The notes under the pieces: model-generated
Seen by the model: only the letters and a program-made list of their open reading frames with translations
What the model was told of the DNA's origin: nothing
Database searches by the model: none
Shown: positions 1-14,312 of the stretch, piece after piece
How positions within the stretch are numbered: the first letter of the stretch is position 1
Layout: each line of letters begins with the position of its first letter
Origin: the human T2T-CHM13v2.0 reference genome, Homo sapiens
NCBI RefSeq assembly: GCF_009914755.1
Contig: NC_060934.1
Strand: one strand, 5' to 3'
Length of the DNA: 64,000 nucleotides
Program-made: the position numbers and the translations under genes

Positions 1-800
1 AGATGCATGCCTGGTGATGAATAAAGACAAACAGCTGATCTTGGAGGCATGGAATTGGGACTTGGAACTGCACCCTGCCCCCAGCTCCTATTCTCTTCTG
101 TTATTGAACATCTGGAGAGACAGGCATATTGGCATCCTTGGTTTATCTACACTAAACCTCTTGCATACAGATGAGCAAACTGAGATCTAGAAAAATGAAC
201 TGGCCCAAATTTACAGAATTAGGTGACTTTGTCACATGAGTGGGTGAAGAGTCTCAAAGATTAGTGAAGTCTAGAAGATTGTAGGAGAGTCATCAACTAA
301 GTTATGCAAACTGTCCAATCCCCTCCCAGATTTCACATGGAGAATTTCATGGGAACAGAGCCAAATGAAGAGAGTTGGGTACACAGACGAGGGCTGGTGT
401 GGCCATTGAGATGCCTGAGCATTTACCAGGGGATTTTTATTTTTAAAGGAAATATCTGCAGCATCTTACCAAACACTCTGCCCAGGATCTCAGAGGCTCT
501 GAGAACACTAAGCTCTGCCTGTGTTCCTACATTATGAAAAACCAAGAGGGATGTAGCCCTTGTGCTTGTGTTTTACTGAGAGGGAGGCTCATGGCCCCAT
601 CCAGACAACCTTAACACCCCGCCTTTGATCCCAGAGGCTGATGGAGAATGTCTTAGCCAGCTGCAGCCCTAGGTATGGTTCTAACACATGGAGGCTCCTC
701 TGAGAAATCTACAGGGCTTCATTATGGCCATCAATAGGTCTGCTTGTCTTGCCACATTTCTGGGACTTTGCAATTTTTTTAATGGTTTGCTTTAATATTC

Positions 801-1095
<295 letters not shown>

Positions 1096-1529
1096 ATATT
1101 TGCTTCAATATTCTAACACAAAATGATAGCTTAACCTATTATCCAATATTCCCACTTCTCAATAGGATGCAACTGCTATGCTTTCTTTGAAATAATTATT
1201 TTTGAAAATATTATTTCAAAGTGTAGTCCTCCTAGACAGTGCTAATTCTATTGGGATTTTAAAGGATTACACAAAATAGCCATCACATTTCACTTAATGT
1301 GCCCTATGTAATGCAGAACCCAGCCTGCTACAGCCACTTGGGAGGCTCTCGCCCACTGTCTCCTCCAGGCTCTCTCACATGCATCAAGGCTATGATCAAA
1401 TGGGACATTCTCACTCCATCCCCTCCTAACCCCCAATTCAGATTGTAGCCCACCCCTCAGCAGTCCCTATCCGCTTTTCTTCATTTTGTTCCATAACTTT
1501 TGACACCTTCCAACATTCTACAGTTGTGC

Positions 1530-1834
1530 TTTTTTTTTTTTTTTTTTTTTGAGAGAGAGTCTAGCTCTGTCGCCCAGGCCAGAGAGCAGTGGCATGATCT
1601 TGGCTCACTGCAAGCTCCGCCTCCTGGGTTCACACCATTCTCCTGCCTCAGCCTCCCGAGTAAATGGGACTACAGGTGCATGCTACGACACCTGGCTAGT
1701 TTTTTTGTATTTTTAGTAGCGACGGGGTTTCACCATGTTAGCCAGGATGATCTCAATCTCCTGACCTCGTGATCCGCCCGCCTTGGTCTCCCAAAGTGCT
1801 GGGATTACAGGCGTGAGCCACCGCACATGCCCGG
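1530..1834 (-). mobile_element. Alu (AluY/Sc-like)
   Basis: Antisense Alu with gcaagctccgcc. Confidence 0.95.
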
Positions 1835-2429
1835 TTTTGCTAATTTCTTTAGTGAACTATTTGCTCTTCTGCACAAAATTGTAAGTTCCACGGGGATAGA
1901 ATTTTTTTTATGGCTTTATTCTTTGCGTTATGTCCAGTGCCTAGAAAAGTACCTGGTAAGTGTTGTGAAGTATTTCCTGAATAGAGGTTGAATGTTGTGA
2001 TAAGTTTCACTGTGACTCCTCATCTTGTACCTGCACTTGCAAGTTTCTTCTTGTCTGCCTGGGGCGTTGCGCTCAGCACCTTCAGCCCCCACCACTCAAG
2101 GTTCCTGTCTGCATGAGTGTAATCACCATCGAGTGTCAACAGCACCATCCCTTTCCCCACTCTCATTCAGAAGCTCCTCATCTGCTCTGGGATGGGACAA
2201 ACTCACTCTTGTGTCATCATTCTGCCAAGTTTATTAAAACTCAAAATGTGAGTGTCTGCTCTTTTCTTTCTCTTTGTCCTTTTGTTAAAACTTCCCCTTT
2301 GAAAGAGGAGATGCCAAGGTTTAGACTAAATGGGAGAGAAATAGTGGGCAACTGGAGAACAAGGGAGGAAAACCACATTGGTTAATCTATCAAATCATTA
2401 CATTTCTATATGATTAAGCATAAAATAAA

Positions 2430-2770
2430 ATGTCTTTGAAGAAGTTATGCAGTCCAAGGGGTCTCTAACTAATGAGCAGGTCCTGAAGGACATGGTAAAG
2501 CCCATATCAAAGCTGAGTTAATTAGCATTTTATCCTGAAATGCATCCGTGGGGACAAGCAGTTCAGCTAAACTTTCATGAAACAAAGACAGCATTTGCGG
2601 GGTCTGTGTCTAACCTTGTCATAGGTGGGACATCCTTTGAGGGGGATCCGTGAGTCTTAGCTAAGTCAATGGGGAAGGGAAGTTCTTTGCAGTAAGGCAG
2701 GAACACAAGGTGGTGATTTCTTTAACCATCACTGTTTCCCAGTGCCTCAGGGCTCAAGTAGAACTCAACA
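2430..2770 (-). mobile_element. ERV1 LTR fragment (MER31-like)
   Basis: - strand start TGTTGAGTTCTACTTGAGCCCTG...GGAAACAGTGATGGTTAAAGAAATC. Confidence 0.6.
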
Positions 2771-3197
2771 GTGTCACTATCAGTACCTGAACATATTTAA
2801 AAGAAATAGCTTAAGACTCCAAATACTTATTTACTGTGGAACTGCCAAACAACTGTGTTCATGGATTTTGAAAATATTGTGACATGCTGCATCTTGCCAT
2901 CTGGGACATGTTCCAGACTCAAATGAATCCCATGAACATAAGATTAGCCACAGACAGAATTGTGAAGAATAACAAAACACCTTTAACTACATGGGTAATT
3001 CAGAATCTAAGTGAAAAAAAGAAAACTGGAATGCATGGGGCCACTCTGTGAGTTACGAGGTGCATGATTCAGGCCATTCCTTTCAACCACAACCACAGAT
3101 GCAAAAGACAGTGGAACTGAGTAACTTGCAGTCTTGTCATGAGCACAAGAATCAAGAAGATCGAGAAATAGCTGTTTCTCTATGGAATTTTCTTTCT

Positions 3198-3545
<348 letters not shown>

Positions 3546-3644
3546 TAATCTTCAATTTTGTAATCTTTCATTTTATTCTATAGAAGACTGAAGATTATCT
3601 ATAGAAATTGAAGATTTTCTGGAGAAAACTCTGTATATTCAATC

Positions 3645-3954
3645 TTTTGTTTTTTAGTTTTTGTTTGTTTGTTTGAGATGGAGTCTCACTCTGTTGCCCA
3701 GGCTGGAGTGTAGTGGCACAATCTCAGCTCCCTGCTACTTCTGCTCTTGGGTTCAAGTGATTCTCCCACCTCAGCCTCCTGAGTAGCTCAGATTACAGAT
3801 GTGTACCATGATGTTCAGCTAATTTTTGTATTTTTAGTAGAGATGGGTTTCGCCATGTTGCCCAGGATAGTTTTGAGCTCTTCAGCTCAAGTGATCTGTC
3901 ACCCTTGACCTCCCAAAGTGTTGGGATGGCAGATGTGAGCCACCACACCCCGCC
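3645..3954 (-). mobile_element. Alu (AluJ-like)
   Basis: Diverged antisense Alu. Confidence 0.92.
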
Positions 3955-4100
3955 TTATGTTGTTAGTTTTTAATCTAAAAGAATGCCTCTGTCTTCATAG
4001 AGTTTTGCTCAGTGTTAATGACGAAATCCTTGCCAAAGTCCCACCAAGTGCCCCATGTGCAGTGGCAATGCCCTGAGCTCCTGCATGTTGCAGGCTGCTT

Positions 4101-4308
4101 CACTGCCTCAGCCTCCTGAGATTACAGGAGATTTAATTATTGGGATTACAGGCATGAACCACCACGCCCAGCTAATTTTTGTATTTTTAGTAGAGACAGG
4201 GTTTCTCCATGTTGGTCAAGCTGGTCTCAAACTCCTGACCTCAGGTGATCTGCCTGCCTCAGCCTCCCAAAGTGCTGGGATTACAGATGTGAGCCACTGT
4301 GCCTGGCC
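4101..4308 (-). mobile_element. Partial Alu
   Basis: Left arm plus part of right arm, antisense. Confidence 0.88.
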
Positions 4309-4783
4309 TTCCTAAGGATTTTTAAAGCTATTCTACAAACTTTGATCACAAATCTACCCATGGAAGTTGTTTCCTCTGGGAAACTACATTCCTATTTGTG
4401 CCTAACACAGTATGGCCATGGTGGCTGCAGCTCTCCTAGGGCCTACTGTGGAAGCTTCTTCCTCAACAGAGCCTCAGGGTTTATCAAAGTAAAAAAATAA
4501 AAATAAAAAATTCATATGCTATCTTACTGCTGCCACTGCTGAAGGATCTGTTATTTCTCAACCACTAATAAAACACAGAAAGAGTTTCATTAAAGACGGA
4601 TTGTTGCTTTTCTTTTGAGTGAGAATATCATTATTCTAAGACTTCCATAGTTGTTGATCTGATCAAGGAAATGTAGTGAACTTTTTGTTTCAGGTTATGA
4701 AGCAAAGCATTTTATTAGATGTGCCACAAAGGGCATATTAATAGTAAACGGCAACACAATTTTAGATTATTAGCACTAAACTA

Positions 4784-4998
<215 letters not shown>

Positions 4999-7152
4999 AC
5001 TTACCATGGACCACGGGGAAAGTGGCCATGGCCACGTTAACAAGGACACTTCAAGCCCATGGTGTTTGGAGGTTTGAGGCAGCCACAACATCAGATGTGT
5101 TTTCTGGGCTCTGCTGCAGGAACGGAGGAGCTGTGTTGGGCCCCTTTCCCCACTCTGAAGTTTGGCCATGGGCTGGATGTGCTTTTGCTTAGTGAAGATG
5201 CCACAGGCTCCTTCCTTCTTTCCAGAGACAGACACAGGTCCCCAAAGCCTCCCGTACTTGGCTGAGGAAGCCAGACAGACATGTTCCCTGTCCAGAAGGC
5301 AGGCCCCAGAGCTCCTCAGGATCTGGAAGCTGAGGAGGAATGCAGGGCGGTGTCCCTGGTCACTCCCACTGACCTTGAGGTCATCTGATTTGCAGAGCTG
5401 ATACCTTGGCTTGTGGGGGAGGAAAGTTGCATGTATTTTGAGATTTGTGTTCATTAACACACATTATTATCAAGGCCAAGGAAGTCTACTGAGAAGGAAG
5501 GAGGAGGACACTGTACGCCAGCCAGGTTGCAGTGAGGCCTCCAGCAGCCTGCTGTATGACTTAATAAATGCTGAGTCAATGCAGAGTTGCGCTTGAAATC
5601 ATCTTCCAAATCATTCCCTTTAAATGAATCTTCTTGAGTATGAGCTTTCTGCTTTTGGGAAGGTTGTTAATAATTTGCCATGTATATTCATAATGAATTT
5701 CTCTACACATGAATTCCAGAGTAATTATTCAGTAAGTCTAGAGTTAACATTTTTTCCATTGTTACTTACATACATGTGGTATGTTACTCCCCTTCATGCC
5801 AAATATTTTCTTATGCATCATACCAACTGCAGAGCTATCAGATTAATTTCAAAGACTTCAGTATGTTTCAAAGACAAGGTATCTGACCAATTCTTATGCA
5901 ATTGTTTGTTTTTAGATCTCAAATTATAGTGTTAAACTCATAACATTTTTTCACTACATTCAAATTATACTAAGCTTTTGGCTCAGAAAATGCTTAATCA
6001 CCATCTAATTACAGAAAGTTAATAAGCTAATATACAGAAAGTTAATAAGGTAACATACAGAAAGCTCAGTTGCTAACTTATCCCACTGCCAGGTCTTTAA
6101 TTTGGATGGCCACAGTTGATACTCATGAAACTCACCACTGACCTGATGCTGGCTATGTCCTTTCTACTGATATGTTTTGTGGGTATCATCCACGCGGAGA
6201 CTTTGATCTTTGGTGGAGTGGCTCCTGGATTTCTCCCCACTGGACATATCCAGCTCTCCTCCCTTCATCTCCTCTTCTAAGATAAACAGTGTGTTGTTTC
6301 ACCTCTTTCTCCCTACAAAGCCAGACAGCTTACAAAGCAGGGGCTGTTCCATGTACATCTGACTTTCTCACCCATGTCTGTGTGTGAGGATCTGCATGTG
6401 TGTGTGAATATGTGTGCGCATGGGTGCATTCATGTGTATATGTGTGCCTATATGTGTGTCTGTGCATGTGTGCCTGTGTACCAAGACCCCTGATGTTAGT
6501 GGCTGAGCATGAGGAACTTGAAGCTCTTACAAGTACTTTGAATACGGAAAGACACATTTGTGCCACATAGGTGCATTAGTCCTTTGCAGTTGCCTAACAG
6601 TCCATTTTATTTTAATGCTAATGTTTGTAATTGTGCGGTGGATTCACAGAATGGCAGAGTCCGTGCATCCCCAGCATCATTGCCCTGCATGCGTGACATT
6701 ATCCAGTGTGCACACATGTGGGTTGCTGGAGTATTTAGAGTAAACTGGGAGTTCATGGAAACCTGGCTGCTCCCAGAAGCACTCAGTACTGCCTAACATG
6801 ACATAAAGTGTTACAATTAATAAATAAATTAAGCAAAGCTACTGCATACAAGATCATTATCAACCAGATTACTATATACAACTATGAACACAAAGAAATG
6901 AAAGAACAAAAATCAAACTAGAGAACAAGAACCTATGACAAAAATGAGCCAATAAAGGGCTTACAGATTTTTAACAATAAGTCCTTCAATTTAATATAAG
7001 GAAAAAAAGCCCTAAAGAAAAATTAACAAAATAAGAAGAGTACATGAAGAAAAGTAAGGCACAGAGGCCAATAAACATTTTCTAAACTCTACCTCACATG
7101 AAACAGGTTACAGCAAGAGGATCTCTGCAGGGCAGGAGTCCAGAAACACTGA

Positions 7153-7482
<330 letters not shown>

Positions 7483-7519
7483 CACCTCAACTTCTTTCTC
7501 AGGAATCAAGAAAGAAAAA

Positions 7520-8370
7520 TCAAGTGCAAAGAATACAGGATGAAGGCAATAATAAAGCTAACAAACATCAATGAAATGGAAAAATGTACGACAGAAATAA
7601 ACCAAGGCTAAAAGTTGTTCTTATAAATAATATAGATAATAAACCATTAGCAAAGCTGATTAAGGAAAAGAGATTAAAGGACACAAGTGACCAGTATCAG
7701 AATCAAAACAACAGTCTGCTCTGCATAACAGTACTATAACAAGATAATCAGAGAATTTTGTGAAATACATATGATCAAAAGTCTGACAACAGAGATCACA
7801 ATAGATGTTGAAAACCCAACTTACTAAAACTGGCACAAAAATAGTATAAAATAAAAACACTCCTATGTATATTAAACAAAATTAATTAACTATTTTTAAA
7901 AAAATCCAACAAATCAACAAACAATAATGCTCCACAAGGAAAATACCAGGATCAGACTTTGAAAATGTTCCAAATATTTAAGGAAGAAAAAAATATCGAC
8001 ACTGCTCACTCTCTCAAAGAGAAAGAAGAAAAGGGATGGTTTTTCAATTTGTTTCATGAGGCCATCATTACATTAATACACAATCTGATCAGACAATAAA
8101 AAAACCCAGAAATAACAGATGCTCTGTTTCACAAACACAGATACAAATATTCTAAGAAAAACATTGTTACCTGAATTCAATCAAGGAAGAAATAAAAAAA
8201 ATGAAATTAAACAACAAAGACCAGACTAGGAAACAACAACCTACAATAGAAACGAACCAATAAAGGACTAATCTCTAAATTGTCTTTAAAAATGCTTCAC
8301 ATCAATACAGGAAAAACACAAATGACCCAAGATAATAAGAACACTAGATATGAAGAAAAAAAAGGGGGTG
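7520..8370 (+). mobile_element. Old L1M fragments
   Basis: A-rich degenerate ORF2-like sequence (tttcatgaggccatcattac). Confidence 0.6.
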
Positions 8371-9216
8371 CATGGGCGAATAAATATTTGCTAAGCCGTA
8401 CTTTGAAGGGGGTTATTTCCAGTTCCAGATGAGAGATACCCACAGGCAGCCCGGAGGGTGGGACCCCAGGGGGCAGGACCCCCAGGAGGTGACAGAGGCC
8501 CCGGCAGTGGGGGACCGGGGGCCCAAGGGGACCTCCATCCTTTTCCCGGGCTGCCGCCCAAGGCTACCGCCGCTCCTGGGTCCCAGTGCCCTCTCACTGG
8601 GTCCTGATAGGGGCTCCCTTTCTCACCCCGGGTCGGGCAGGAGGCCCCGGACTCCAGTCCCGGAGGAAACGGAGGCTCCAAGGCCTCCACGGAGGAGAGA
8701 AGGGGAGGGCTCCTCTCCGACCCGGGCTCCTCTCTGACCCGGGCTTCTCCAGCACCCACCCCAACGGGTTCTCAGAGGGTGAGGAGGAGGTCGGGGGCTG
8801 GGTTCAAGCCGCACTGGGCCCCGGATTCAACAACAGAAAGTGCTCCCGAGGGTCCTGTGCATCAGAGGGGTCCTGGCTCGGCCTGGAATGGGGCTCGGGG
8901 AGGGTCAGACGGTCTATTGGGCTCCCAGCCTGAGGCCTCCCTCCCCGGCCCGTAACCCCTCCTGCCGCTGGGGCCCTCCTGCCTTTCCCTGCACGCCACT
9001 CCCTGGGAGGCCGAGACTCCTGCCTGGCCTCCCTCTGCCGCTGGCACCCCAGACTCCCGGACTCACCCTTGGCTGGGTTGCCCTCTCCTCCTTTAAGCGC
9101 TGGATGCCACAAGTTCCAGGCTTCTTGGGCTCTGGGAGGAGGCACAGCGGAAGGCTAGGTAGCTATATTAGGCCGCTCCAAAGTCGCCTTGTGCTGTTGC
9201 TGCCTCACTGCCTCCA

Positions 9217-9364
9217 GCCTCCAGCATCCAGGGAGAGTGCAGGTGGGCAGCACCCAGTTCTCTTCCTTCTCCTCCTGCCTAGGGCGGACCGGCCTCCAGC
9301 ATCCAGGGAGAGTGCGGGCACATGGCGCCTGGCCCTCTTCTTTCTCCTCCTGACCAGGGCGGAG
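9217..9364 (+). repeat. Tandem duplication, 2 x 75 bp
   Basis: gcctccagcatccagggagagtgc...tctcctcctg..agggcgga starts at 9217 and 9292. Confidence 0.9.
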
Positions 9365-9394
9365 CAGTAGAGACCACGCGGCCTGGAGTGGGGT

Positions 9395-9530
9395 GAAATG
9401 ACGAAAGCCCAAGGGGGAACTATTTATAATGACTCTTATTTAACTGGCTCTCCTGGAAGGCATGTTCGGATTGGGTGAGAGCCACTGTGCAAAACAACTC
9501 TGATTGGATAATATGACCCAATCAGGGCTG
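9395..9530 (-). promoter_or_regulatory. Pol II core promoter (TATA + Inr + CCAAT boxes), predicted TSS about 9399
   Basis: On the - strand: TATAAATA (9421-9428), Inr-like TCATTTC (9395-9401, A at 9399, 29 nt from the first T of TATA), CCAAT at 9470-9474 and 9503-9507, plus an opposite-strand CCAAT at 9518-9522. Confidence 0.7.
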
Positions 9531-9566
9531 GCTGAAAGGTTCCTTCTTGTCTTATCAGAACCAGGG

Positions 9567-9646
9567 TACCAAAAGTTTATACTACTTTGACGTAAGTCTA
9601 CATTGGGAAAATACCTGAGTGACCCTAGAATGTTAACTTTTAAGAA
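9567..9646 (-). repeat. 80-bp inverted repeat arm A (pairs with 13400-13479)
   Basis: Reverse complement matches 13400-13479 at 74/80 positions. Confidence 0.95.
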
Positions 9647-9879
9647 TATATAGATGCTGGGGAGGGGCAGGAGCCAGCGCCCCCACCGGAATTGGAAGCT
9701 GGGGACGCACATGGGAGATGGCTTTGTAGCCACCTCGCCTTCGGCTTTGCCTCCTGCCACGCCCCACAGGCCTGGAGAATGTGGCCCTTGTTGTTTCCAG
9801 GAATACTTTACGCAATTAAAGTCATAATTAAAGTAACATATGCAAAAACCCTATCAGTACTCCTTTTATACTTAAAGTT

Positions 9880-10035
9880 TTGTTTAACTATAACCCTGTT
9901 TACTTGTTTATATGTTGTCTATGGCTGCTGTCATGCTGCAAAGGTCGAGTAGACTATGAAACAGATGATGTGGACCACAGCTCCAAATATGTTTACTATT
10001 TTGCCATTTTCAGGATGAGTTTGCTGGATGACTCC
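9880..10035 (+). mobile_element. MER58-like hAT-Charlie MITE
   Basis: gtctatggctgc...aaatatgtttactattttgccattttcagg...gtttgct. Confidence 0.6.
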
Positions 10036-10689
10036 TAAACTAGTGGAATGTCTGTGTTACTAGTACAGGGAGATCCTTGCCAGCCAATGTCAGAAAAACA
10101 AGTTGATTTTATGGACAATTTGTCATATACATACAAGCACCTTTCCAGTTTTTGTAACTATTAACGATTTATTTTCCTACTTAGTTTGCTCGCTATAACT
10201 TTGAGTGGCTCAACTATTCATCCTGTTTTGATTTCTTCATACCACTTATCCTCCTTCCAGATTATTTAATCAGGTGATTTTATGTTATACCTCAGTAGGG
10301 TCCTGAGCCTCTTGTTTGTTTACATGTCTCTATGACCCTCTTTGTTGTTTCATAAATGGATTGATGATATGTAAAATGTACATATTCATGGAAATAGCAT
10401 TTGTTCCAATTGACAAAACTATTTATAAAATGAGGATTGTAATTATGTGTGCTATTTGAATTGTGTACATGTATATTTCTGTCCTTGGATTGGAGGCAGA
10501 AAAGGGGTTGATTTTGGCTTCAGCCATGGTTGTTTCCTCGGAATCCTAAAGTTAGTTGTTCTAGGCATGGGTCTGTAGGATGAATATCCCAAGGTGACAG
10601 TCATGGTAGATCCTTAGACCTTATTCTCGTGGGATTTTTAATAAGTGTATTAGTATTTTAAGAGCTATATTAGCTATAAGAAGAAATAG

Positions 10690-12750
10690 AATCAATTTTT
10701 ATTTCAAAATGTTTCAATTTGAAATAATTGTATACTTCAGAAAAATTGAAATAATATTAACAGTATTTCTGCATACCCTTCATCTATCCTTACTGTTAAT
10801 GTTTAACATAATCATAGAACAATTATTAAAGGTAAGAAATTCATACTGATTCAGTACTGTTGACTAATCTTCAGAGGGCATCTGAATTCTCCCTCCAGTA
10901 CCCATTTTCTGTCCTCGTTGCATGTAGTTCTCATTTTTCCTCAGGCTCCTCCAGTTTGCATAATTTCCTCATTATTTCTTTTACATTCATGACCTTGACA
11001 CTTTTTAAGAATCATATTTATTTTGTAAATATTTTGTAGACTGCACCTCCATTTGGGTGTGTCTGATGTTTTGTCATGAAGTAACCTTCCATTTAATCAT
11101 GAGGAAACATCAGATAAACTCAAACGGAGGTACAGTCTATGAAATAAATATGATTCATGTGGCAGGAATGCCACAGAAGTAATGTTACATACTTCTCAGT
11201 GCATTTTATCAGATGGTGTGTGATGTTGCCATTACTGGTGATGTTAATCTTGGTAGAATGGTGGCTGCCAAGTATTTTTCCCTTTTTAGCTGAAATGTAT
11301 TTTGTGGGGAGACATTTGTAGATATACAAATATCCTGTTTGTTATCGTAATCTCCACCATTAATCCTAGCACCCATGAGTAGAATTTTACCTACAGCAGT
11401 TATTACGGTGGAGATTGCCTAATGATTTCTTTCCATCATTCCTTCTGTATTTGTTTGGAATGCTCCAGTAGGAAACAGCTGTTCCTTCTACACCACTTAT
11501 TTATTCAATTATTTATATTATTATGGATTCATGGCTGTTTAGTGTATTCTTTGGATTATGATCCAATGCTAATATTATTTATTTTGTTTTCAGGTTGTAT
11601 CAACTGTTGGGGTGATCAGACCCAACACCAGGCCATGGGGTCTATGAAGTCTGGCGGCATCAAAGGAATGAGGAAAGACAAGTTAAGAGAGAAAGTGGGA
11701 CCAGGGGGCCAATGCTAGTATGGAGGCTGCGAAGGCCCCAAGCTCTGGGAGCCCACACTGTTTATTGGTGATCAAAGAAACAGTTGGTGAGGATGTGGGG
11801 GTTGAAAGGAAGTGGTGTATCAAGTGAATGAGCTACAGCTGTGACGGTTCAGCATTTTCTTTGAAACATATGGCTACTTGAGATAAAGGGAGTGCTAGAA
11901 GCAAGGAGCCAGCAAGTCCAGACACATTCCAAAGGCCATGAGAGGTTTTAGACCTTGGACCCCGGACATGTTCCAAGCACTGCCTCAGCTTCTCTCCCAA
12001 CACTCAGCTTTTCTCCCAACACTCAACATTGTCCATTGAGAGCCCCTTCAGGTTGGCACCTGTTTCCTTTTGATGTGCCTTCATCATTTTTCAGTTCTTC
12101 CTTATTTTTGGCATCACAAAGCATTCCAGGCTTATCACGCGTCTTCCCTGATCTCAGCCCTGAAATTAACCCTATTTCTAGGGAGCCCTGGTTCATTAAC
12201 TGGAGAATGGTACTAGAAACCATGATCTGAGCACTAGGTGTGCTCATTGGCATGGGAATGCCATTTACTCTAGGATCTCTTCATGGACAGAGTTAGGAAC
12301 TCTATATTGGTGTACTCACACATGCGTTAACATTTGTCTATACCTATCTGACTGTGTACCTACCTACCTACTCATAAAAACTGTGAGTTCATACTGTTGC
12401 CTTTGATTCCACTCTAACACCACTGAGTTTATTCTAGCTTTTCCTTCTTTGTAACTTCTAACAGTGAGAACATTGGCTTTTATTTTCCAAGATATGTTCA
12501 CTTGTTTGTTTGTTCCTGGTGTGTGTGTGTGTGTGTGTGTGTATAGTAGATTGAGAAATGTGAAACCATATGCTTGTTAAGAAACAAATTTACTAATTAG
12601 AAGATAGTATTTGTGTGACATATTTTTTGTCTTTAGCTTTCAACAATGAAAATAGAGTTTTCCAAAGTTACTTAGGCTTCTTATGTTCTTCCCCACCTCT
12701 TTCTGCATGCTCATATTATTAGATTTCCTTTTATTAGATTCTCATTTCAT
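10690..12750 (-). mobile_element. Old L1MC/MD 3' region, interrupted by an ERVK LTR
   Basis: Degenerate antisense L1M 3'UTR motifs. Confidence 0.55.
11605..12021 (-). mobile_element. Solo ERVK LTR (LTR14B-like, HML-1)
   Basis: TG...CA termini; - strand start TGTTGGGAGAAAAGCTGAG; AATAAA on - strand; 6-bp TSD atcaac/ctcaac. Confidence 0.8.
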
Positions 12751-13008
12751 TAGATTCCCTTTTATCCTTTTTAGATATCTTATGCACAAATAAGCAGATA
12801 ACGTATATAATTTCTAATATCCCCTTCTCATTATATGAAGTGTAGCTCATACCACATGTATATATATGCATTCTTGCTCTGTGTTTTGCATTTTTTCTTT
12901 CCACTTAACAATATAGCCTATATTTTAGAACATATTTAAATTTACTTCCGTCTTAGCATGCTGTGATAGCAGTTTCATTATTTTTCAGCTGTAGAATTTT
13001 GTCTATAA

Positions 13009-13479
<471 letters not shown>

Positions 13480-13529
13480 GTAATTTAAATGTCTTTATTT
13501 ATAAATGCATATTTATGTTTCATTTCCAG

Positions 13530-13716
13530 CTGGTTGGAGTGTTTGATGAGCAAGATCTACATCATGGAGGTGATGACACCAATGCCAGCTCCATGCATAC
13601 CTAGAGCCCAGAGAGATTTGCTAGTGCTAGTGAGCTTGGCACAAACAATGTCTCAGCCTTTCAGTCTGATCAAGCAGCAAGTGAAATTGAGGTCACATCT
13701 TCAGTACTTCATGTAA
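13530..13716 (+). pseudogene. Isolated duplicated PARD3 exon 3 (gene fragment) with nonsense codon
   Basis: tttatgtttcatttccag|CTG GTT GGA... translates [61 protein letters not shown]. Recalled PARD3: [60 protein letters not shown]. TAG at 13602-13604; donor gtaagt at 13717. Confidence 0.9.
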
Positions 13717-13752
13717 GTAAGTGAAAGCTCTTTCTTCTCTGCATACTTCATC

Positions 13753-14018
13753 TTTTTTTTTTTTTTTTTTTGAGATGGAGTCTTGCTCTGTTGCCCAGAC
13801 TGGAGTATAGTTGTGCGTTCTCGGCTCACTGACACCTCTGCCTCCTGGGTTCAAGCAATTCTCCCTCTCATGACCTCCTGAGTTCCTGGGATTACAGGCA
13901 GCCACTGCCACGCCCAGCTATTTTTTGGGTATTTTTAGTAGAGACAGAGTTTTGCCATGTTGGGCAGGCTGGTCTCGAACTTCTGACCTCAGATGATCTG
14001 CCCGCCACGGCACCTGGC
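13753..14018 (-). mobile_element. Alu (AluS) with small deletion
   Basis: Antisense Alu just downstream of the PARD3-derived exon. Confidence 0.92.
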
Positions 14019-14312
14019 CACATCATCTTCATTTGAAGGATACAAAGTTTTGTCATCCAGTCTTGCTTCTGTAAATGCAAGGAATTCATTTCTTGAACAG
14101 ATAATAAAATTCATTACCTGTTTTTATCCAGAATTCAGTTTAGAACTTTGGCAAATGTCTTGCAAAGAAGTAGGCACATTAAAATCACATTTTAATGAAT
14201 TAAGCTTACTTTAGTCAACTTTTCATGGCAGGGCAGGGTCCATCAAGGCAGGGGAATAGAGAAATATTTAGACACTGGTGTAGCCCAAGTCCCAACCAGT
14301 TTTAGTATATGT

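Larger units (their letters stand above)
8390..9780. promoter_or_regulatory. GC/CpG-rich island
   Basis: Abrupt shift from AT-rich L1 debris to GC-rich sequence with many retained CpGs and GC boxes. Confidence 0.8.

Noticed and set aside
8391-9412. Overlapping 100-176 aa ORFs on both strands
   Set aside because: Expected from stop-poor GC-rich DNA; Pro/Gly/Arg-rich with no recognisable domain.
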